DNA of 41,983 nucleotides, from the NCBI GenBank assembly GCA_013239625.1, contig MU053334.1, positions 817,190 through 859,172 of the forward strand. Direction: 5' to 3'. Position numbers and translations under genes: made by a program. The notes below the pieces were generated by a model, which was not told the origin of the DNA, did not search any database, and saw only the letters and a program-made list of their open reading frames with translations. The stretch's first letter is position 1. The number at the start of each line of letters is the position of its first letter. Shown here piece after piece: positions 34,401-41,983 of the stretch. Origin of the DNA: Lama guanicoe. Its lineage: Eukaryota.

Positions 34401-34948
34401 CTGAAGTCCCCACTGGGAGGAGACACGTGGAAGCCTTTTAAGCCCACAGGTAATTTCAACAGAAAGGTCGAAACTATCAGAAAGAACACCACCGAAGTGC
34501 TGGAGGGGGAGAGCGCAGCCACAGGGCCGGAGCGCCTCCCGAAGGGCCGTCAGCAGGCTTGACGTGGCTGAGGGGGACTCCGAACTCAGACAGGGCCAGA
34601 GGAAGGCGCGAGCTGACACTCAGGGCGGGAAAGAGAGTGGGCCGGAAGGGACAGAGCCTCCCAGGGCCAAAGCAGGGGCTTCAGAAGTGGGACAAAGGGG
34701 GGCAAGATGCAGTTTCCTTGTTTTTAACTGTCCTACAAGGTGGCTGTTGAAGCAGTGATGGTAACGATGAGCGGGAGACGACAGCGCCCATGAACGGGGG
34801 ACGCTGGCAGCCGTGGCAGCAGACAGAGGAGTGAGGTGTCCCCTCTGCAGGAGAGAGCCACCTGCGCGGCTCATTCGTACAGGTGTGAGCCTGTAAGGGG
34901 GCTCTGAGTGTTGGCCTCCTCTCAATGGCTTTGGTCCCAGTGCCCCCC

Positions 34949-35500
34949 TGTGATCGAGCCCAAGTTCGCGCCACTCGCTGCAGGGCCAGCCAGTCATTCG
35001 AGAGGCGAGGTGTTGGGGCAAGAAGGGTGGCTTTATTCGGAAGCCAGCAGACGGAGAAGGTGGTGGACTGGTGTCCTAAAGAGCCATCTTGACTCGGGGT
35101 GGACCTCGGCCTTCAGGAGTAGAAGCCACGGGAACTGGGGAGGGGGAGGCCCTCAGACCAAAGGGCAGAGGCGGGCGCAGACCTCCCGGAGCCACCTGGC
35201 CTCCAGGGAAGCACGCGCTTCTCTGTTGCCCTGGCTGCTCCTCCGCGGTCCGAGGCCCCTGCAGAGCCTCAGGCTGTTAGCAGTTACTTCTATGTTGCGG
35301 CTCTTATCTCTGCTTGTTTGCAAGGTTTCTGGGCTGAAAGCAAACTTATCTGCAAGTAGGAGCCATAACTAACCCGGACCGTGGGATGGGAACTTTCTTC
35401 AGGGAACTTAATGAGCTATTTGGGCACAAACAACATTTCTCTGATGTTTAACTCTTGATGCGCGGGGCTAAAGCAACAGGACGCGGGGTCACAGGCTGGG
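34949..35500 (-). mobile_element. ERV1-type solo LTR (right boundary uncertain)
   Basis: tgtgatcgagcccaagttcgcg...cgaggtgttggggcaagaa...ctttattcggaagccagcagac...ggtggactggtgtcctaaagagccatctt looks like an antisense LTR R/U5 region with AATAAA. Confidence 0.6.
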
Positions 35501-37354
35501 CGGGGGCAGGCCCAACGCGGCGGCGGCGCTGTGCCCCTCCGTTTCCCTTCCTCTTAAAAGCCTGCATTTCCCACATTCCGGGCGGGGGGCGTTTTAAATA
35601 TTATAAATCTACCCATCGCATCAACATGATGTTTTGTGAACTCTTAGAGCTCAGGTGAAAATATTAAAATCTGGTTGATTGAGACCGAGGGAAGCAGTGA
35701 GTTGCGCCGTGTGGGAGACAGGCGGTGTTTGTCCTTCATCACAGAGACGACTGGTTTTGAAGCCATGTTTCGGTCTCGGCCGAGGAGGGCCTGAAACAGG
35801 GCGTGAGTGTGCACAGGATGGGGGCTCGGTGAGGGGCTGCAAGGCAGCGTCTCCCTCGTACGAAGGGGTCGTCACTTCATGAGCTTTTCTGGAGGTAGGG
35901 GGTGGATTTCAAGCTGCGCTGGCCCGAGTGCCCCCCCCCCGCCCGCCTGTGTCCCACCGCCAGGCCAGGCCGGAGCAGCGCTTTGGGAAAGCAGCTGGTC
36001 CGTGCCCCTTCCGCACCCCCCCGCCCCCCTGCCCAGGATCGGCAGGAAGGCTGTAAAGCCGAGAGGAATGTTCCCAGAGGAGCGTCCCCGGCAGACGCAT
36101 TTCAGCTGCCATCAGCCCTGATCTGTAAAGACCCAAATACCTTCCGATAAACCGCCTTTGGGAACTTCATATCTTCAAACATTTTTGTCTTTAGTGGAAA
36201 TATTTCAGATCCAGCTCATCTGAAGCACTAATCTCTCCCACAGCTGCTGCCTGGAGATAAGGCGCTGTCCGGGGGCCGCGGCGGGAAGCTTTCCCGCGGG
36301 GGCAGGGGGGCCGCGGCACAGGCCGGGCCGGACAGGGCGCCCCGGGCTCCGGGAAGCGGCTGGGGTGGAGGCGGGTGGCACCGCTCTGCCGGGAGTGGGT
36401 GCCGTTTCGGATTGCTTTATTATTGAACGTGAAAGAGTCACAAATGATGGTAACTCAGCTTGAGGTTTTGTCTTCTTCCATAGAAAATGACAGGAAAACA
36501 CGCATCGGTTGAGTGTGCAGTCCCACTGAAGGCAGGGACGTGGGAGGTGCAGGTGAACGCGGGGCGGGGCAGGAAGCCGCCTTCAGCAACCCCGTGCCGG
36601 CGGTGGGGGGCACCTGCGTGCCTCTGCAGGGGTGCTGCTGCGGGGTTCCCCGCGCCCTGAGCGTCCTCTGGGCCGAGCCTGCCGGGCCGTCCGCTCGGGC
36701 AGACACTGCGCCCTCTGGTGGATGAGGCGTCCAGGTGGCGACACCTCCGGACGGAGCCCCGGCCTGAGGAAAACCTGGACAGGAGTGGGATGTGGCTTCC
36801 TGCCCCCCCGGGATGCCCACGGTTTACAGTGGCAACCCACCTCATCAGTGCCGTGTCTGCAGCCCCCAGGGCAGTGCGGCCAGCCGCAGGGCCAGCCCCG
36901 AGCTGCTCCCCTCTCTCTGGGGAGGGACCCTTATCCCACACGCTTCCCTCTTGTCCATGCTCCCCGCTGACCTCCCAGCACCTGCGGGCCCAGGCGGGGC
37001 GAGGGAAGGAGACGCTTCTCCCCCTAGGTGGGCGGACCCCTCTCTTCTCTGCTGCTCGGTGGTCGTGCCGTCAGCCGGCTGGGGTCTGGGGCTGAGGCTC
37101 TCTCTGCCCTCAGGTTCTCGGGGGCAGTGGGGGATTATCAAGCCAGAAGGCCGAGAAGAAAGCATTGCAGACGACATGTTTCACTAGTAACAGGGGCAAG
37201 ACGTCCAGCTGGTCTCTTTCTTTAGTTTCAGATCTATGTTTTATCTAAACCAATAGATCTGAAACAGCATATCAACACGTGATCAATATAATAACATTGC
37301 TTCCAGGGTTTTTTTTGACATGACACTTCCTAATAGTAAAGTGTTGACAGCTAC

Positions 37355-37480
37355 TTTTGGACGAGGGTGGGGCTAACTAGGTTTATTTCTTTATTTCTTT
37401 GTTTGTTTGTTTATTTATTTATTTAATGGAGTGCTGGGGATTGAACCCAGGACCTCGTGCATGCTAGGCACGTGCTCCAC
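37355..37480 (-). mobile_element. Vic-1-type camelid SINE, 5'-truncated
   Basis: ctaggtttatt...tttaatggagtgctggggattgaacccaggacctcgtgcatgctaggcacgtgctc. Confidence 0.88.
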
Positions 37481-40284
37481 GCCTGGCAGTACCACCGCCA
37501 AGAGCGGACCTCTGTGGGCGCCCCGGGCAGTCCTGGTCTGGTGTCCCGAGACTGAGCCCGTCCACCCTAGGCTGGGTGTTCCGGGCAAGGCTGACAAGGC
37601 GACGACAGGGCACCAAGACTGGAGACCCTGCACCGGAGGCTCCTGGCCGGGGACACAGATCACGTGAGACATTCCCTGCCCCCCCAGAGACCCGGCCCCC
37701 ACCGCCTTGTGCTCTGCCTCCTAAGAGCATGTCCTGCGTCACCCTTTTGCCCAGATCCTCTATATTCTGGCTTTTTCTCAGAGCTGAGAAAGGGCACCGA
37801 CACACTGTCTCCCCTTGAACACCCCTCCGGGGCCAGCCTGAGGTGCGGGCCCCGGCCAGGTCAGCACAGCACAGCCAGCCCGGCCTCACCCCTGCCCCCG
37901 GGAGGGTTCGGACGCTGCTGTTTCTGCCTCCGTGGAAAAGGGTGCAGGACTCTTGACCTGAGTGGCGTCGGGCTGAATTGGGAGGAGGCGACACTTAAAG
38001 GGACCATGGTGGCACCGGACGTGGGACATCAGGTCTGCCCGACCCCTTGGTCCTCGCCTTCCAGCTGGAGAGCCACTTGGGCTGGTGAGAAAGACAGAAA
38101 TGGCCCTACTGAGGAGAAAAAGGGGCCTTGCTAATCCCCCCCTGCCCCAGGGCGTGGTGCCCTTGACATGGACGTAGGACAGCTTTGTCCTGACCGGTGT
38201 TTCAACAGGACCTTGGGACAGCAGAAGCCCAGACGCTCCTGGCCGTTTCAAGAGTGTACACGGGGAGAAACTGAGGGAAGAGCGTGACGGCCAGCTGAGC
38301 TTTCAGGGGACTCCAGTCCGCCCCGCGTCTGCGAAGCCGAGGCTGGCGCGGGCCTCGTGGCTTTCCCTTCTCCGCTCAGACGCCCGAGGTTCCCCCGTTT
38401 GGGGCCATGTGTGGGCATCCTGGCTGTTTTTGGAAGAGTATTTTGGGAACTTCATCTCTTTCTTATTAAATTCAGTAAGCCTCTGCGTCTGGCTTAGTAA
38501 CTGAGGAAAGGGTCACTTTGTGCGGGGTCGGGGGTGGGGAGGGGTCGCGTTCTGAAATGTTCTTTTCGAACTGGAAGGGGACGGGCTGGGACACACGGAG
38601 CCGGCCACCAGATGGCACTGTTGCACGGCGGACCGAGTGCACTGGCTGGTGGGGACGGAGCCTCTCTGAGGACACAGGCGAAGAGCCGTGACCACCGGGG
38701 AGCCCAGGCGCGCGGGCAGAGAGTCCTGGGCAGCCCGACCTGACGGAGAGCCAAGGGGGACCCAGGGCAGCGCGCTCTCGGCGAGCTGCCGCTTGGCCTT
38801 CCCGGTGGGGCAGTCGTCATCGGGCTGTGTCCCTCCTGAGCCCAGGAGACCACGGAGGACGGGCCTCTTCCCCTGCGGAGTCGTCCTCTGCGTTCCGTGT
38901 GCAGGACGTGGCAGCCCCGTCTCGGAGCTTCCCACCCGGAGCCTCCCTGCCCCTGGAATGCAGGCACTGTCCCACCACATGGGGCAGAGTCTCATGCACG
39001 TAGGTGCATTTTTAACCCCCTCAAACCCCCGGGGCCTGCGGGGTAGTGACCTCTGGACCCCAGAGCATCAGCGCTGTCTGTGTGCTTCTCAAGGGACACA
39101 GAGCCCCGGGCCCGCTCTCGAGCCTCCTCTTGCTGGGGGTCCAGTGGCCGAGGGGATAATTACAGGCTGGGGGCAAAGTTCCTGCCAGGCCTGCCCCGAC
39201 TTGGGTTTGGGTTGAAATTCTGTTATTCATCTGTTTCCCACACTGTCCAGCTCTGACTGGCGTGTGGCCACAGGCTTCTTTGTCCCCGTAAGTCCAGGGA
39301 GGGCCGCAGCTGTCTGGGGAAGGCACCTCTTCTGGGGCGATGCTGGCAGGGTCCTCGCTCAGGAAGTGGGTGTCCTGCCCAGTCGGGGGTCAGGACGCTG
39401 AGAAGCCTGGGAGCCAGGGAGGGGTGGGTCGGTCGTGCCGCCAGGAGACAGGACGGAGCTGGCTTCTTGGCTCTGGTGCTGGGACGACACCTCTGCCTCC
39501 CCGAGACTGTCCACCTCTGGGTCCCCCTCACAGGAACGCGGCCCGAATAGGAAAGATGGTTGGTGGCTGCAAAAGCTAATGACATCAGAAACAGTCCCTA
39601 CGTCCTGCGCGAAGCACTTGATGAAATGCAGCCTCCTTTCTTTACAAAACCCAGTGTCAAACGGAGGTGCAAAGAAACCGCTTACGCTGGAAAAACATTA
39701 CGTTTCAAAACATGAACTCAAACCGCTGCCACTCAGGAGGACCCTGAGACTTCCCTGGTCGCATGGTCATCGGCTGAGATGCTGGTGGCCCTGGGCGGCG
39801 GGGGTAGGACACAGAATTAGCCTTAAGGGAGAAACACAGTCAGGAGAGCTGGGCGGACGGGCAGGTGCTGGTGGACCCCTTGCTGGCTGTTGACAAATCG
39901 CCGGGCAGGGAGGCTGAGCTCGCTCCCACCGCGTGGGTTGCGCAGGTCTGGGGGCTTCCCCGGGGCACAGGACTTTCAGTGGGAAACAGGCAGGGTCCCG
40001 GGCTGGCCTGGCTGTGACTGATGGACCCCTGCCTCCTCCCCAGGCCGGGACGAGGGAGGGGTCTCATTGGTGGTTTTCCTCTGTGTTTGGGCCGCGGCTC
40101 CGGGTCTTTTCAGGCGAGCGCTGCCCTCAGCACTTCCTCCTCTGTGCGAATTTCTCATTTACATGATTTGTCCATATTTCTACCAGTCCTCTTTGTTTTC
40201 GCCTTTTCCATTTGAATTGCAAATATCCTTTGAGGCTGCAGGCCTCTTTGGGATGTGCTTCTTAACTGAAATGTGTCAGCGCAG

Positions 40285-40500
40285 AGGTGTCCATGAACAA
40301 GGGTGTCTAGGAGGCGTTCTGTGTCATGGAAACTGCAAAACAATGCAGGACAAATGATCTGGAAATAATAGTGTTTTCCACCGACAGGGTGATTGTTTAA
40401 GACGCGGTGATACAATTAAACTGTGGAATATTATGCAACAATCGAAAAGAGTGGGTTACACCTACAGGCGCGACCTTAAAGTATTCCTGTTTTGCAAAGA
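40285..40500 (+). mobile_element. Old L1ME-type 3' fragment
   Basis: ctggaaataa...tccaccgacagggtgattgtttaag...ctgtggaatattatgcaacaatcgaaaaga. Confidence 0.55.
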
Positions 40501-41029
40501 AGAAGACGTCTGCATCCACGTCCAGGCCGGGCAGGAAACCGGGTGAGAGCTGGTGGCGGAAGGGAGCCCGTGTGGAGAACGGGGACTCGGCGCGGAGGGG
40601 CCGGGGGAGGCTCTGACTCGTGGCGGCGCTGCGGCCGCGCTCAGACGCTCTCCGTGCGGCTCAAGACGTGAACGAATTGCAGAGACCTTGTCAGGACACA
40701 GAGCATCACGTACGTTGTGATCCTTCTGCTGAGTAAACACGGCTTGTCAGAGAGTCAGAGGCAAAGGTTTGACTTACTCGTTTTTGAGAACGAGGGAAGG
40801 GGGTGAAGGTACAAGCACCACACACACACAGAGACGGAAAAGAAGGCAAACTGCAGTGAACTCAACGAGACGAAACCCGGGGTTGCTCAGCTGACTGACT
40901 ATTCAATAGAGAAACACGGGGAGGAGGGGGAGCCCCTCCACCCGCCCGGCCCCGGCCACCCACACCCCGCGTGCGTTCACACGGGCGCGGGAGAAGGCCC
41001 ACCCTCTGCCGGGGCACCAGCCTCTGCCG

Positions 41030-41830
41030 AGGCGTGTAGCTTTTCTTCTGAGAGCAGTGGGGGGCCAGCGGGGCTTTGAAGACCAGAGTGAGAGGGTACA
41101 GCTCGTGCTTTTTAGAGACCACGGCTGCTGCTCGGTGATGACAAGTTGTCGGCTGGAGGGAAGGATGGACGTGACCGGCCAGATGCAGGGAATAAAGCTT
41201 TGGGCACATTACAAATGACGGAGGCTGAGATGGGGCCGGAGGGGGCCGTCAGCCGCGATTCTGAGCTGTGGACGAATGCGCAGCCCATCTCAGACGGGAA
41301 ATGACAGCCCTGTTGATGGATGGGGTGGGGGGTGAAGGAAGAGCGAGGCCCCCGCGTGACGCCCAGGTTGCTCCCTGGGCGCGGAGGCTCTCACACAATG
41401 GGGCTGACGCGGCCATGGGCGGGCGGGCAGGTGCCTGCGGCCCGCAGAGTGGCGCCCAGTAGGTAGCGGGTCACAAAAGCATGTGTGGGAGCGCGGCTGG
41501 GGAGGGGGCTCCCGTTGGGAACTTCTTGCATGCAGATGTCAAATGGTGGGGAGGGGGAGAGAGGGACACTGTCGGGGGAGGGGGGAGAGACAGGGAGTGG
41601 GAGGCAGGGGAGGACGAGAGAGGGACCGCGGGCGAGGGGCGGGGGAGACGGGGACCTCACGTCTAACAGGCGAGGAGGACCAGGCAAGCCGGGAGGAAGC
41701 TGGTGGCAGACCTTGGAGGTGGGGGTGGGGAGCCCACTGGAAGGAGGGAGGGTGAGTTGAGAGGACAGCTGTGGGTGCCCAGGAAGATGATGCTGAAATC
41801 GTCTGGAGGATGCTGAGGGCTGAGACCGGT
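41030..41830 (-). mobile_element. L2 LINE remnant
   Basis: ttttcttctgagagcagtgggggccagcggggctttga...tttttagagaccacggctgctg and ggatggggtggggggtgaaggaagag...gtgacgcccaggtt are typical antisense L2. Confidence 0.65.
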
Positions 41831-41983
41831 GCTCGGGGAGATGCCGCGCCCGACTTAGAGCTAACAGATCAGCCTGTGCTGTCTCCGGGTGCAAATAACC
41901 ACTCTCACCAGAGCCCACATCCTCTGGCGGCAAGTGTCACCCAGGCAGCTGCTGCCTCCCACAAAGAGGACGCTGCCCCGACC

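Noticed and set aside
36157..38460. 19-mer tttgggaacttcat(a/c)tctt present at 36157 and 38442
   Set aside because: An 18/19 match is roughly expected by chance once in a window this size, and the flanks do not align
17100..41983. Exons of genes that flank KRTAP5 clusters in other mammals (IFITM10, DUSP8/MOB2, NADSYN1) or FAM99-like lncRNAs
   Set aside because: No recognisable peptide from these genes in the ORF track; short or non-coding exons cannot be excluded without alignment
1..41983. Prokaryote-type systems (CRISPR arrays, operons, defence islands)
   Set aside because: The sequence is mammalian; there is no repeat-spacer array or dense gene packing

Overview
Mammalian genomic DNA, most likely camelid (three Vic-1-type tRNA-derived SINEs), GC/CpG-rich and repeat-dense. 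The only convincing protein-coding gene is a single-exon ultra-high-sulfur keratin-associated protein gene of the KRTAP5 family (minus strand, 4982-5565). It has a TATA box and a polyA signal, and a 119-N assembly gap inside the CDS. Two degenerate KRTAP5 paralogs follow in the same orientation (~9.7 kb and ~17.0 kb), consistent with the edge of a KRTAP5 cluster. The rest is intergenic: many L1 fragments of different ages, L2, MaLR/ERV LTRs, MER20, MER3, SINEs and alternating purine-pyrimidine tracts. Nearly all ORFs in the six-frame track are GC-rich noise or L1 remnants. The most striking unexplained pattern is patchy A/T->G/C remodelling of normally AT-rich repeats, a candidate fossil record of GC-biased gene conversion. 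I see no evidence for a genuinely new biological system. Repeat subfamily names come from recalled consensus sequences, boundaries are approximate, and both need RepeatMasker/Dfam confirmation.
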